A DNA stretch of 64,000 nt from Blepharisma stoltei ATCC 30299 (taxonomy: Eukaryota > Protista > Ciliophora). The notes below the pieces were generated by a model, which searched no databases, was not told the origin of the DNA, and worked only from the letters and a program-made list of their open reading frames with translations. Where the stretch lies: the NCBI GenBank assembly GCA_965603825.1, contig CBFDEM010000053.1:1240001-1304000 (forward strand), written 5' to 3'. Both the position numbers and the translations under genes were made by a program. Shown piece after piece: positions 48,674 through 60,550 of this stretch (within the stretch, counting starts at the first letter, position 1; each line of letters starts with the position of its first letter).

Positions 48674-50149
48674 TTATTTCGGAATTTCTACTGGCTCATC
48701 ATAAATATTTAATTTTTTTCTTGCTATTGCTGGGCCTCCTCCATATATTGTATAATAAGCTTGCCATACTTTTTCATTAACTCCTCGATAATGAGCTACT
48801 GGCTTCAGCTTCAACTTAAGTTGTTGCATTGTAGCAGGGTCTAAAAATAACGAATCATTCGAAATTTTTCCTGGTGGGAGCGTCCCTATCTCTTTATTGG
48901 GTGAATTTTGTGCCATATTCGGTGATGGTTTATTAAAAATAAAACTTTTCCATTCAGCTATTCACTCCGCATTAATTATATACCAAACTCCTGTATTTCC
49001 CGACTCATTGTCCAGCTCGCTTATCATCTCTAATTCAGTATTCCTCCTCAATTGAATTTCGTTTAATTCTTTCTCAGTCACATTATTTGGATTTTTCAAA
49101 AAATTAGGATAAGTCTCAATTTTTCTGAAGCTTTTACAGTTGAAACACTGAATTTCTCCATCGATATTTTTGCTATTGCAGGAGTGACAATCCCAATTTT
49201 CGCTTTGTTTTTCTTCTACATGGATTTCATATGACTGTGCTATTACATCTTTTAGGGATTCATAACAAGCTCTGTTGATACTTAGTGTCAAAATGTTTAT
49301 ATCTGGAGATATTTCTGGGCTTGGGATAGAAATTTCAGCTAAAATTTTTGGGATTTCTTCAGCCCAGCTCACTATTTGTTCATCTTTTAAAGATTCTAAA
49401 TCTAGTAAACGAGCTTCAAATTCTCTTAAACTTCCTTGGATGGTTTCCAATGAAGTTAGTTTAAATTCTGCTTCTTCTTGCTGTTGCTGTAGCATTTGAT
49501 TTAAGTTGGTTTTGGCGTCATTATAAATTTTCTGAAGGCTTTTTTTGAGCATCTGGAAGTGCTCTTCTAGTTTTTCTATAGATTTTTGGCTTTCATCACT
49601 CCCAAGCCTGCCTAAATTCATCTTCATCCTATTTAAATCACTCTTTTTCTTTGTTATATTAGTCAATGCTTCTTCTAAAGAATCTCTCATAAAATTCACT
49701 ATTTCAGGAAGAGGCTTAATTATTAAACCGAGGTCGGCAATTTCCTCTAAGCATTCATCACATAGCAAGCTATACGGTTTTTCTGTATAGGAATGGATAG
49801 GCAGATCATGCTCTTCGCAATGTTGACCAAATGTGATCTCATGAGCAAAGGTTTTTACTTTTCTAGCAGGGCTAAATCCTGGATTAATTGAAGGTCTAGA
49901 GCAGACCAAGCTTAGAAGAGAAAAGTTTTTAGGCATAGTGTTTATACATTTGTTTGCATACGAAATATCTGTATCATTGTATTGCCTTTCAATTGTAAAC
50001 ACATTGGGACTATTGCAGGTCGGACAAATTAGTTGAGATATTGAAAATAATCGATGAGCGCAAGGATCGCAAAGAGAATGTCCACAATTAAGAATTCTAG
50101 GAATAATTTCTTCTGAATTCCAGGTATTTAAGCATTCAGGGCACTCCAT
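48674..50149 (-). CDS. RING + B-box + coiled coil + RanBP2-type zinc finger + DUSP domain protein (491 aa)
   Basis: CPEC..CGHSLC..C..CPTC; CEEH..LCDEC; WDCHSC..N..CFNC; WYIINAE(W)IAEWKSF..PPGKISN..W..IYGGGP. TGA at 48962. Confidence 0.85.
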
Positions 50150-50467
50150 ATTAAATCTTTAGATATATCTGATTAAAGATTAATTGAATTTTCTTTGATT
50201 TGCACATTTCATGTAATTGAATTTTTGCATTGAATTAGGAGATATTTAAGTTAACTTTTTTAGAAAAATTATATTGAAATTTTTCAGGATTTAAACTTTA
50301 TTTCTTTATAGCTGTCTATTTTGATAGAAAATAATTTTTTCAGGTAATTTAAACTATCTAGAATCAATATAACTTACCAAAATTGTTTAAGGTTTTTTCA
50401 TATTTTACGTCATTACCACTAATTATTGAATTTATGGAAAATATAAGGCTTCCCAAAGCATTATAAT

Positions 50468-51244
50468 ATGGATCACAAAAAAGGGGTTTATTTGCTTACC
50501 CTATGCGTTTTCATCCTTTCTTACGATGCTCTCCTTATTGCTTATCTCTTTTATACTAAATTCAACGAAACAATTATCCAGATTTTTGGATTTTTATTTT
50601 TCCTGTTAAGCCTCCTGATAAACCCTATAATCCTAGTAATCTTTGCCAAGCAAACAACACAGCTTTCAGTATGTCGCTTTAACGCAAGGCTCATTATTTT
50701 TGTCCCAGCAGCAATTTTTTTGGCAAACACATTTTTAGTCTTCATCCCTGCAATTCTAAAAAAATTAATGCGTGTTGTGGGTGTTACTGATACCAGAATA
50801 ATTGCTTATACAGCAGCTGTTATATTTATTGGAAAAATAGCTACTACTGGATTATTAGATTTATTTTGTCAAACTCTTATTATTGGGAACAACATTGCTT
50901 CAGCTGATTCATTAGAATATTTTGATTTTGCATTTATAGCTGGAGATATATTGGTCACTCTCCTTCTCTGCATTTTTGTATGCTGCTTTGGCAAGGATTC
51001 CATAAAATCTTGTATGGGACGCTATTTCTCATCTCTAGACTTAGAACAATCACTATTAGAACCTATTGAAGTTCAGTTTTCTGATAAAATCAAGCAGGAA
51101 TCTTGTGCTATTTGCTTAGAACGCTTCACTTATGGTGAAATTCTCTCAAATCTACCCACTTGTGAGCATTCTTTTCACAAAAATTGCTTAAATCGGTGGA
51201 TGGAATATAAGAAGGCATGTCCTCTTTGCAGAAGTGAAGGGTAA
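50468..51244 (+). CDS. Multi-pass membrane RING-H2 E3 ligase
   Basis: Several hydrophobic helices, then CAICL..LPTCEHSFHKNC..W..CPLCR. Confidence 0.88.
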   Translation: MDHKKGVYLLTLCVFILSYDALLIAYLFYTKFNETIIQIFGFLFFLLSLLINPIILVIFAKQTTQLSVCRFNARLIIFVPAAIFLANTFLVFIPAILKKLMRVVGVTDTRIIAYTAAVIFIGKIATTGLLDLFCQTLIIGNNIASADSLEYFDFAFIAGDILVTLLLCIFVCCFGKDSIKSCMGRYFSSLDLEQSLLEPIEVQFSDKIKQESCAICLERFTYGEILSNLPTCEHSFHKNCLNRWMEYKKACPLCRSEG

Positions 51245-51276
51245 CTGCAATGATAAATTAATTAACAAATTTTAAT

Positions 51277-51909
51277 TTATTTTGTTGATAAAAGCTTGCT
51301 TAATTTTTTATAATATCTTGAAATTAATATCTTGTGCTGCTGAGATTCGCTGTTTTCTATTTTATTTTCAGTTAGTTTTGGAGATAGTCCATGATATTTC
51401 CTGGCACTGATAGACTTTGGACTAGTTCTATGCATCATTTTTGGAAAATAAAAATTTGACTAGATAGGTTTTACCACATAAGGAGCTAGTGATGGATTTG
51501 CTTTTGGACTTTGAGTATCAGAATTAAATGCAAAACAAGAGCTTGATTTGCTGGCAATAGATCCTTTAGGAGAGCAGTTCGCAGATGCAGGCTTTATTGG
51601 GTTTTTATTTGAATTCCTTGGGGTTACTAAACAACTATTTGGATTTTTAGCAGTTATCTTAGACTTTTGTACTAATTTTCCTTCTTCAATTTCGTTGGGC
51701 TCTTTTTCATTCCATGTGATGTCAATAATTTCTTCAAGAATAGTTTTTAAGGAGGATTTAACAGATTCTGATGAATTGATTTTTTTCATTTTCCTCAAAA
51801 TTGCCTGAATTTCTACGAAGTGTGCTTCATATTCTTGGTTTTCTATTATTTTTTCAACATTTTCATGCAAGTTCAGCTCTTGTACAACTTGTTCATTTCA
51901 GCTTGACAT
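51277..51909 (-). CDS. Hypothetical protein (205 aa, one intron)
   Basis: ATG 51909, TGA at codon 4, intron 51460-51474, TAA at 51277-51279. Confidence 0.6.
51460..51474 (-). other. 15-nt spliceosomal intron
   Basis: GTAAAACCTATCTAG; splicing extends the frame by 60 codons. Confidence 0.7.
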
Positions 51910-52018
51910 TTTATATTAAATCATTATATGCTTGCTTGCTACTTATACTCTAAAACGCAATAATTTATAAAGGATTTGGCATATAATCTCATATATCTTA
52001 TCTATTAACTCTAATTAT

Positions 52019-52498
52019 CTAATGAGTAAAAAAGTTCCCCAAATCGTTTCGTGCAAAGCCTGGGTTGGTCTCTCTTATATGATAATCATTCATAACAAAT
52101 GGGAGTCTTCTGCTCTGATGGGAAACTAGTCTTGGGTATGATTCATCGCTTCTGAGCTTTGTTGTCTTTGCCAAGCCTATCAGTTCTTGTTTTTTTCTTG
52201 GGTCAATATTAGAAAATTTGCTTGCCATGGTCGATAGCATAAGCTCTTGCCTTGACTGTCGTCTTCTTAAAAAGCCAGTCGTTTGAGCTCTGGCTGGTGG
52301 CTTGATTGGTGTCTCATCTCTATTAGGGCTGCATTGATACCTGAAAACATTGAAATGGGTTGTATTGTAGAGAACTTTATCATTTGTGGTCCCTATGTCA
52401 TCATAGAAAATTTCCTTGGAGCGGGAATAGTTGACATAAGGCTGCTTTTTAAAATAAGAGTAAGCTTTTAAGTCGTCGAGGCTTTTTTGGCTATTCAT
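52019..52498 (-). CDS. Hypothetical basic protein (159 aa)
   Basis: ATG 52498 (MNSQKS) preferred because the upstream in-frame stretch is very AT-rich; C-terminal DYHIRETNPGFARN; ends TAG. Confidence 0.65.
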   Translation of the reverse strand: MNSQKSLDDLKAYSYFKKQPYVNYSRSKEIFYDDIGTTNDKVLYNTTHFNVFRYQCSPNRDETPIKPPARAQTTGFLRRRQSRQELMLSTMASKFSNIDPRKKQELIGLAKTTKLRSDESYPRLVSHQSRRLPFVMNDYHIRETNPGFARNDLGNFFTH

Positions 52499-52645
52499 TT
52501 TATATAAAATTTTGAAGACTATATGTAACTGTTTAAAATTATTATAATTTACTTGACTGAAAATAGACAGGAGGGTAAATTCCCTCATATTTTAGGCTAA
52601 ATCAAGATTTATTTATTAGAAAACGATTAAATCCTCTAAAAAGAG

Positions 52646-54014
52646 TTAATTAGGCTCTGTGACAGTTAAAGCAAACTCTTTTTCTTCTATAATAGGTTTC
52701 CATGGTGAGACTTCTTGGAATTTCCAATTAATTACAAAAGAAACACCTGACAAGCAGGTTAAAATCCAAAACATTGCTTGATAGCCTAAAGAAGGCACGA
52801 TATAAAGTTGAGTTAAAAATATCACAATCGTCGCAAAGCCAAAACTGAAAAAAAATATTCCAAAAATTTTGGCTCCCATACTAAATATCCATTACTTTCT
52901 ACCAAAAAGCTTCGCCATAACAGTAGGGAATAAGGAAAAATGGCCGCCTTCACACATCATAATTACACAAATTCAGATAAAAAACAATGCTTCAACTGAG
53001 CTTATATAATATAGTGTTGCCATCATAATGATTTGGATTACTAACAAAATTCCATATGCTAACCTAAAGTTTGATCTGTCCATCAAATATGCTCATATAT
53101 ATCGAAAACTTCCATTGAATACTGAACTAACTGACCCTACAATTGACAAAAAATCGTCATCACCGATTTTTTCATTTCCAAAACTTTTATATGATCCCGC
53201 TACATAATATCCCGAAGCTAGATCTAAAATTACCGGTAGAGCATATGCTTGCTATAAAAAGCATTATAAATTTGTGTGACTTTATTCCTTCTTTTACATT
53301 TGGACATGAATAATCGTCCTTTTCAGCCTTATTTTGTTTTATTATAGGTGCAAGCAATAAAATTCCAACGACGCTCATAATTAAATAGCAAAGAGAAAGT
53401 CACCTGAGCATAGCAGGAACTCCATCAGCAATGCTGCTATCAAAATAATGGTTTGTTGTTCCATCATCTTTAACTTTTATATTAGCTTTTTCGTTGTTTG
53501 GGTTTACTATTTTCGTAGCAATTTGATTATAAATTGCTGCTCCCAACCCAAAACCTCCAACTATGACTCCACTTACCTTTCCTTTTGAATTAGGGAAGTG
53601 ACTCCAGCCTATAATTAGAGGAGTTGTATATGACAACCCGCAGCCTAGGCCAAACATAAACCCATATGTAATGCTGAAGCTTACTAAGTCTTTGCAAAAT
53701 GAGCTTGCAAATATCCCGAGTACCAAAAGAGAATTTCCAATTATTATAGATCTGAATAATATTTACATATAAGGAGAATATTGTTGGGCAATTCAGGAGC
53801 CAAGGAAATTTGTCATAGTGCTTGCAGTCACTTGTAAAGTAAATAAAATATTGATGTCCTGGATGGTAACAGAATGTTCGTGCTCCCTTAAATAAGATGC
53901 TATGTATCCACTAATATTCCCAGTAATATATAAAGTCCCTAACACCTACCTAGCATCTACCAAGTGAATAAGAAAAGACCCTAGTAAAGATAATATTTTC
54001 CTTTTTCTATCCAT
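52646..54014 (-). CDS. MFS transporter, oxalate:formate antiporter-like (435 aa, four introns)
   Basis: YGFMFGLGCGLSY..WSHFPNSKGKVSG..GFGLG, NGSFRYI(W)AYLMDR, GGHFSLFP. Needs four introns and four TGA = Trp; spliced length 1308 nt is divisible by 3. Confidence 0.88.
52881..52895 (-). other. 15-nt spliceosomal intron
   Basis: GTAATGGATATTTAG; contains an in-frame TAA. Confidence 0.88.
53218..53233 (-). other. 16-nt spliceosomal intron
   Basis: GTAATTTTAGATCTAG; required frame change in the MFS gene. Confidence 0.88.
53752..53766 (-). other. 15-nt spliceosomal intron
   Basis: GTAAATATTATTCAG; contains an in-frame TAA. Confidence 0.88.
53946..53960 (-). other. 15-nt spliceosomal intron
   Basis: GTAGATGCTAGGTAG; in-frame terminal TAG; splicing gives IHL-VLGT. 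Confidence 0.85.
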
Positions 54015-54066
54015 CTTTTTAATATATAAAAAATCATACTTATTTATTCAACAGTGAAATTTATTT

Positions 54067-56118
54067 TTAGAATCCTGGATGCACTCTTAAAAATATAGGG
54101 AATCTTGGCTTTCCTTTATTGCTGACTTCTTGGTATTTATAAGTAACTCTTGATCCGATTTTTGGAGGCCTTCTTCTTTGTTCATCAGTAAACCCTGATC
54201 CGATTTTGAAATTTACCCCATTGTCTCCTACAACTTCTAAGGCTCCCATAAGATTAGCCAGTCTTCCTGTGCCTTTTTGATGGCCTGTAACAGTGGCTTC
54301 TGCATCAAAAAATGTTTTTACTTTGAGTAGTGTATCAGATCTTCTATGCTCATACATGCTACCAGGTTTTCTGAGCATTAAACCTTCACCTCCAAGGTCT
54401 TGGACTCGTTGTAGCTCTCTTTCCATATGTTCTTTGCTTTCACACCTATAATGCTCATGTGCTCTCACATATGGTGATTGCAATTTCGCAGCTAAGTTGT
54501 GAAGATAGTTCAATCTGTCTTCGAATGGTGCTTTTAAAGATGGGGCATCAAACAGGACATATACAATTTTTGCCCACTCATTCATATCATATTTTTGAGC
54601 ATCTTGCCTTTTAATTATTCCGACACATTCTGAAAACTGCTTTCGGCCCATTCACAGCTCTCCATCTAAGCTGACAGTTTTTGGTAATTTTTCAATAAAA
54701 AACTTGGGTGCAAAAAATGGGTTTCCGTTTCTTGACTGAAGACGGCTACCATTCCAATAGCATCTAACACCATCTAGTTTTTCACTCATAATTCAGCCTG
54801 TTGGATCTATACTATCATCCCAGGTTTGGGCTAATAAAACTTGAATTTTATCTGCAGGCTTTCCTTTTCCTCTTTCTATTACATATCTTGGATCTATTCT
54901 TATAAGGTCGTTTCCTTCGATTTTTCTCTGTTTTACTTTTTCTTCTTCATCATATGGCAGAATAGCACTTCCTGTAAGCGCTGGGACTCACTCACCATTT
55001 TGAATACTCCCAAGGATTTTTTGACGTATTTTTTTAGGAATTCCTAATTCTTGGAGATCATTCTCGTTCATCGTCAAAACTTGATCAGGATGAATCCCTC
55101 TTGTTTCAAAATTCAGCACATACCTTCCTAAATTAATAGAATCCATCATGCTTTGTATGGTTGTATAGGGGTTAATTTTTTCTCTGCTCCTTTTCACTGG
55201 GAGATTTTCTAACATTTGTGTCTGATTTAAGTCCATTTCATTTTCCTCGTCAGTTTTTTCTAAAATTTCTTCTTCAGTTTCTGCTAACACCTCGGTATGC
55301 TGACTTGTATTGAGGTCTTCGTCTTTTATATCAGGTTTTTCAAAGATAAAACTGGTTAAAACACCGTTTTCTTCGTCTTCTACTATTTGATGCTGATGCA
55401 TAGAAGATAAAAGAAGGGCTTGTGAGACAGGAAAGGCATGATCGTCTATTTCTACTGCTCCACTTCTACGTAAAAAGCCAGGCTGCGATTTAGGAGCGTC
55501 AAGGCTATGGGTTTCTTCTTCATCTTCACTGATTTCTAGTGTGCATTGCTTATCTAATTCGCTTAAAAATCCTCCTTCTTTTTTATTGCCTTCCTCTGAG
55601 CAGATAGACATGGTTTTAATTAAATCGCTTTTGTTGAAATCAAAGGTAAACTTTGGAGAGTTTCTCTTGTACCCAGTTGCAAGCATTTTTCTAATCATTT
55701 CTTTTGCTTTAGCAAGAGCAGTTTGGTGGTCTTTATAAGTGTAAATTGAAGTTTCAGGTGGGCCGGCTCTTGACCCTTTTTCAGTTTTTACTCTTTCTTC
55801 GTGCACTTGGATTTTTATAAACTCAGGTCCTTTTTCTAAGTAATCACCAAGAAATTCATCAACCACAGCAATTTCTGGGGCTTGCTTGAATGCATATCCT
55901 TTCGATCTTTTTGAAGTTATCATATCTTTACCTTTTAGCAATGCTTTATCTATTGAATTAAATCGTTTTCATGATGTTTCTATATCTTCCTCTTTTCCAC
56001 CTGATATTTTTCCAGTTCTAATATGATTTGTTTGATTTTCATTTCTAATTTCCCAAAATTTCCCATCAGAGTTTTGCATGTAAATTTTTGAGTTAATTCC
56101 GAAATCAATAGAATCCAT
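54067..56118 (-). CDS. WGR-WGR-SAM fused to a minimal ATP-dependent DNA ligase (adenylation + OB domains; 683 aa)
   Basis: Single 2052-nt frame with TGAs at 55969, 54988, 54793 and 54652. Ligase motifs G(W)IMSEKLDGVRCYW, SRNG, LDGEL(W), YVLFD, GEGLMLR, LLKVK, KIGSGF, PRFP. N-terminal KFWEI..TGKI..KRSKGY; SAM-like INLGRYVLNF..MNENDLQELGI. Confidence 0.88.
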
Positions 56119-56354
56119 TTTATAAACGATTTAGGTGAGGGAAAACTTGCATATCTATATTCACAAATTTAAAGTTTTGAATACTTAAGAAGATAATAAA
56201 GTTTTATGATATAATCTAGGATTTATATATATAAAAAAGACGATTGTCTATAAAAAGTAGAGAGAATATATGACACTGTCCTATCTGTTTAGCTGAGTAG
56301 GCTGATATCATAAGGCTCACTATATTTAGTTAAAATAATTGAGCTAAATTATCT

Positions 56355-57917
56355 TTAAATTAAGCTGAAAGTCTGCACAACTGGGTATGATGAATTCTTT
56401 TCTTCTTTCTCCATGCTCAACAGCTCAATACTTGCAAGGTTTACTTTTATATCAAATACAAAATTCCTCGCCAATACATCAGAAATATCCATTTTCTGGT
56501 TGTTTTCAGACTTTGCCAAAGTCAAATGTTGAGCTTTCTGCACGCTTCCTCCTACTAATTTAGCGTTCTGTTTTTTTAGGTCTTCTTGGCTGATAATTCC
56601 TCCATCCATAAGGGTTTTCACAAGCGCAGTGTTCATTTGATTCATCTTATCTGTTTCTGCATCTTGTTTAAGTTCTAAAGTAAGCACATTCGCAGCAGTT
56701 GGCTTTCCAAAGAAGCCAACTTTATCAAATGTAAGGCTAAGTGGAGATCCTTGAAGGCTTCGTTTTATAGAGTCTAAATTATTGTTAACAAGGCTTACTG
56801 TTTGGTCAGTTGATTCTAAATTCATCAATGCAAGCGTCAAGTGGAATTTGTTAGGGGTGTTTATTCAATCGTTCTTAAAGTTACCAATTCGGCATGTGAG
56901 GATTTCTTGTTGTGCTTTAGCTATGTTTGGATCGTTCTCCATGCTCAAAGCGAAGAAATGGGTGAATTTCTTCTGTTTTTTGCCAGATCCCCACGATTTC
57001 ATAGCTTTTTGGTCAGTTTTTACTAATTTAATAAAATTCGCATACCCTTCCTTGACTTGATCCTTCGTATATCCAATAATTTCTAAAACTTTTGTGTTTT
57101 TATTGATCAAAAACTCGACGTTATTTCTCATTTTTGATTTTAAATTTTTTATATTTTGCCCTTTATTTGCTAACAAAAGAGTGATGCATGGCTGAGGCAG
57201 ATCTTTTACATTGGTTTTATAGCCTTGCCACTTATTATCCCAGTTCATCTGTAATTCAGGGTATTCTTCAATTTCAATGGTTTCTTTTTCTTCTTCTTTT
57301 TTTTCTTCCTCTTCTTTTTCATCAGCTTCTATTTGTATTGGGTTTAGATCTGATGGCTTTAGTATCATGATTAGCTTTCTCGTTTTTTGGTTAATGACGT
57401 TGTATTCTGATGGTTTTGATGCCTGTGTTTTATTGAGAAAATTAAGTATCATTTCATTAGCATTCATTACAAACTCTGGGCTATTTCCTCTGATTTCTAC
57501 AGTTAAATCTTTTATGTTCCCTTTTAAGACTGTGTGAGTTTCTGATTCAACTCTTTTTTGGTATTCAGTTCTGTCTAAGCTGCAAGCCCCAATCACAATT
57601 GTGAAATGCTGCCTATTGTTAAGCTTGTTATATAATGTGTAAGAATTCATCTGTGAATCATAAAAAATTGTCTCAATGATTGAACTTTCGATTTTTGGTT
57701 CTTCAACTACATATTTTTTAGTTAAGTCTTGCATGAGGTCTTCATAATCTTTGACGTCTAGGTTCACAATTTCTTCTTCGCCTTCTCCATCATCTTCTTC
57801 TAAAAGCATCAAATTATTTTCTTGGAATTTTGACTGTACAGGCTCCTGCAGCACAATTGGATATTTCCTATAAACTCTTTTTCCTACTGAAATCAGAACT
57901 GCAGATTCCTCAGCCAT
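56355..57917 (-). CDS. ASCC1/AKAP7-like protein: KH-like domain(s) + 2H phosphoesterase (520 aa)
   Basis: FTHFFALS, KFHLTLALM and QHLTLAK (two HxT motifs); degenerate KH LLLANKGQNIKNL. TGA at 56865 joins the two ORFs. Confidence 0.75.
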
Positions 57918-57941
57918 GAATAGATAAATTAATATTAAAAT

Positions 57942-60080
57942 TTAGAAATTATTATCAGGGTTCAGCCTCCTTTCATATTCTTGCTTCATTGCTGACTTTT
58001 TTAAATTATTCATGGTTTCTTTCATTCTCTGTTTTTCTTCATTTTCTGATTTCAGCTTAAAAATTTCTTCTCTTGCTTGCCTTATATAGTCTACTTTGGC
58101 TTCTTGCTTCATAGCTTTTATTTGTTTGTCTTCTAGAGATAGGGTCATTGGAGTCATTCGTTTAGAATATAAACGGTCATTTTCAGACATAAACATACCA
58201 GATGAGGGATTGGGGACCATGTTGACAAAAGTGTCTTTATGAGGTGGAGAAGCTCCATATCGAGTTTTAGGGAGTAAAGTGCTGTCAGGTATAAAAGAAT
58301 TTCTCATAGTTTCATGAGCCTTACTAAAGGAGTTTATAGTACTTTGCTGGTTTTTTAAAAATTCTTTAGTTGGCTGGTTAGTGTTTAGATGCTTTTCTTT
58401 GGAGTCTGAAAATACTTCATAATGATTTGCAACGATGTTTGGCTGGATATGCTTGGAAAATTCTCCAAAATTGATATAGCCTTTTTTATTTTCATCTAAA
58501 AATGCCATTAATAAATTAGAATCTTCGTTTTCCAAAGCAATTTTATTTCGCTTTAAGCCTACTTGCAAATCTTCTATAGTAATATATCCTAATTATCTTT
58601 TACCATCTCCATCCTTATCAAATGTCCTAAAAATCGAAAATAAATTTGTAGGTCCTTGGCTGAATAATTTATTATCTAAATCATTCAGGATTTTTCTAAG
58701 TCTAGGCTTGTCTTCTTCTGTATAGCTTTTTGTTTCTCTATTAGGCGGCAATGATCTATATCTCTTCTGAGCCTCATCAGCAAAAATCTGGTCATTTACA
58801 AATACAGCATTTGCTACAGTATCTGCACCTATTTCTTTATCTTTATTATATATAAATGATGATAAAAAGCCTTCCAAATCTTTTTGTGTAATTTTAGCCG
58901 AGCTTTGATCATCCAAAGTTCCAATAACTAGCTCATTTAATTTTTCTATTGAAATTCTTGAATTATTTCCTATTTCATTTAATTTATTTTTGAAATTTTC
59001 TTGAGAAACAAATGAAACTTTTAAAAAATCTCGGACGATCTTAGCCCGATTAATTATTTTTTCAAGCTGGTTTGGAGGCACAGTTTGCCTATCATGAATT
59101 TTAAATTCATTATTGTAAAAGTTTTCATAACTCTGTGCATAAGTTTGAGGATTAGACTGGTATTCATTAGGAATTTCATTTATTTCTACTTCTTCTAACT
59201 TTTTTAACGCTTCTTTATAATTAATTCCATCTGCAGCTCCTCCAAGTTCCTCATATAATTTTTTAATACTATTTTGATTGCAGCGTGGCAATCTCATATT
59301 AGATAAAACATCAGCAAAATTTTCATAAGAAATTTTATCAGTTTTTGATTTGTCAATTCATAAGAATTGAGAATTTAACTTCTTTTTAACGCCATGCAAT
59401 TGAGTTTTCATTTTATTAACTTGAGCGGCAGTAACATCAATATCTTTTACTTCTTTTACGTTTTGGAATTCTTCAGATAAAAATTTTTTAAATCCATTGA
59501 AATCCATTGTTTTGTTATTTCCATTAGCAGCATAGTCCATCAAAGCTTCAGCTTCTTGAAAACTTATAGAAAACCCAAGTTTATTTACCATTTTATGCAA
59601 GTCCTCTACACCAATAATTCCTGAAGCTTTTTCATCTCATTGATTAAAAATTTTCATAAAATCTTTCCTATTTGTGTATCTTTCACTTAATTTTTTTCTT
59701 AAAATTTCCAACTCTCTGTTCCCATCATTACTTGTATAAGCTAATTTTGCTAAATTCGATAATTTCGTGTGAGCGTTATTTACAAAACTAGGTTCAAGCC
59801 TGGAATAAAACGATTTTGCTTCAAGGACTGTAGTTTTTGGCCTAGTTTGTATAAAATTTGTTTTTAACTGTTTCTGGTTCGTAGCATAAAAAGACATTTG
59901 AGATTTAATTGGATCTTCGAACGGCTGCTCTTTTATGGTTTTCTTAGGAATGAACTCTTCATGATAATTATATTTGCTTTCGTGCAGGGCTGCTCTTATT
60001 TTTGCAGGGCTTGCTGAAGCAAATCGTCTGTCTATGTTTGATTTTCCTGTTAAATGCACTCTAGGTTTTCTTACTGCCAT
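57942..60080 (-). CDS. Multi-EF-hand protein (707 aa, one intron)
   Basis: (W)DEKASGIIGVEDL, DKSKTDKISYENF, DKDGDGYITIEDL (after splicing), DENKKGYINFGEF. TGAs at 59637 and 59358. Confidence 0.85.
58589..58603 (-). other. 15-nt spliceosomal intron
   Basis: GTAAAAGATAATTAG; splicing restores a canonical EF-hand loop. Confidence 0.92.
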
Positions 60081-60121
60081 TTATTATAACGAAAATTGAA
60101 TGTGGAATTGATAATAAAGAT

Positions 60122-60493
60122 ATGGATGAAGAGGAAGCCAAAGCAAATGAAGGCCCTGAAATATTGCTACCTCCTGATTTAGAGCTTGAAATGAAATCGC
60201 TTAGTTTAGAAGAAGAAACCTTAGATGAATTTTTTAGAGAAAATCAACCTCAATTGAGCAGGTGTCCTGTGTGCATTATCATAATGACAGTATTTTTCAC
60301 AATCATCAATATCGCATTGATAATTGTAGGGTTTTGGCTTGCTTCAGATAAACTTTCTAAAGCTCTACCTTGTTGAATAATTGCCTCCTTATTAATGCTT
60401 CCAACTGGATATTGCTACGGCCTACTAATTAAAGCTTATTATGCAGATCCTGAAGAAAGAGCAAGCATTTTATTTGAAATTCCTGATATCTAG
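60122..60493 (+). CDS. Small two-TM protein, TMEM230/TMEM134-like (123 aa)
   Basis: TGA at 60374 read through to LLMLPTGY..LIKAYY..EIPDI, then TAG. Confidence 0.65.
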
Positions 60494-60550
60494 ATGTTTT
60501 ACTTATTTTGATAACTCCTAGTTAATTAATCCATTTCATGCTGGAGATTT

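Noticed and set aside
56238-56325. Slightly GC-richer patch between the ligase and ASCC1-like genes with CTGA motifs (possible C/D snoRNA)
   Set aside because: No proper RTGATGA C box and only weak pairing; may simply be promoter or UTR sequence.
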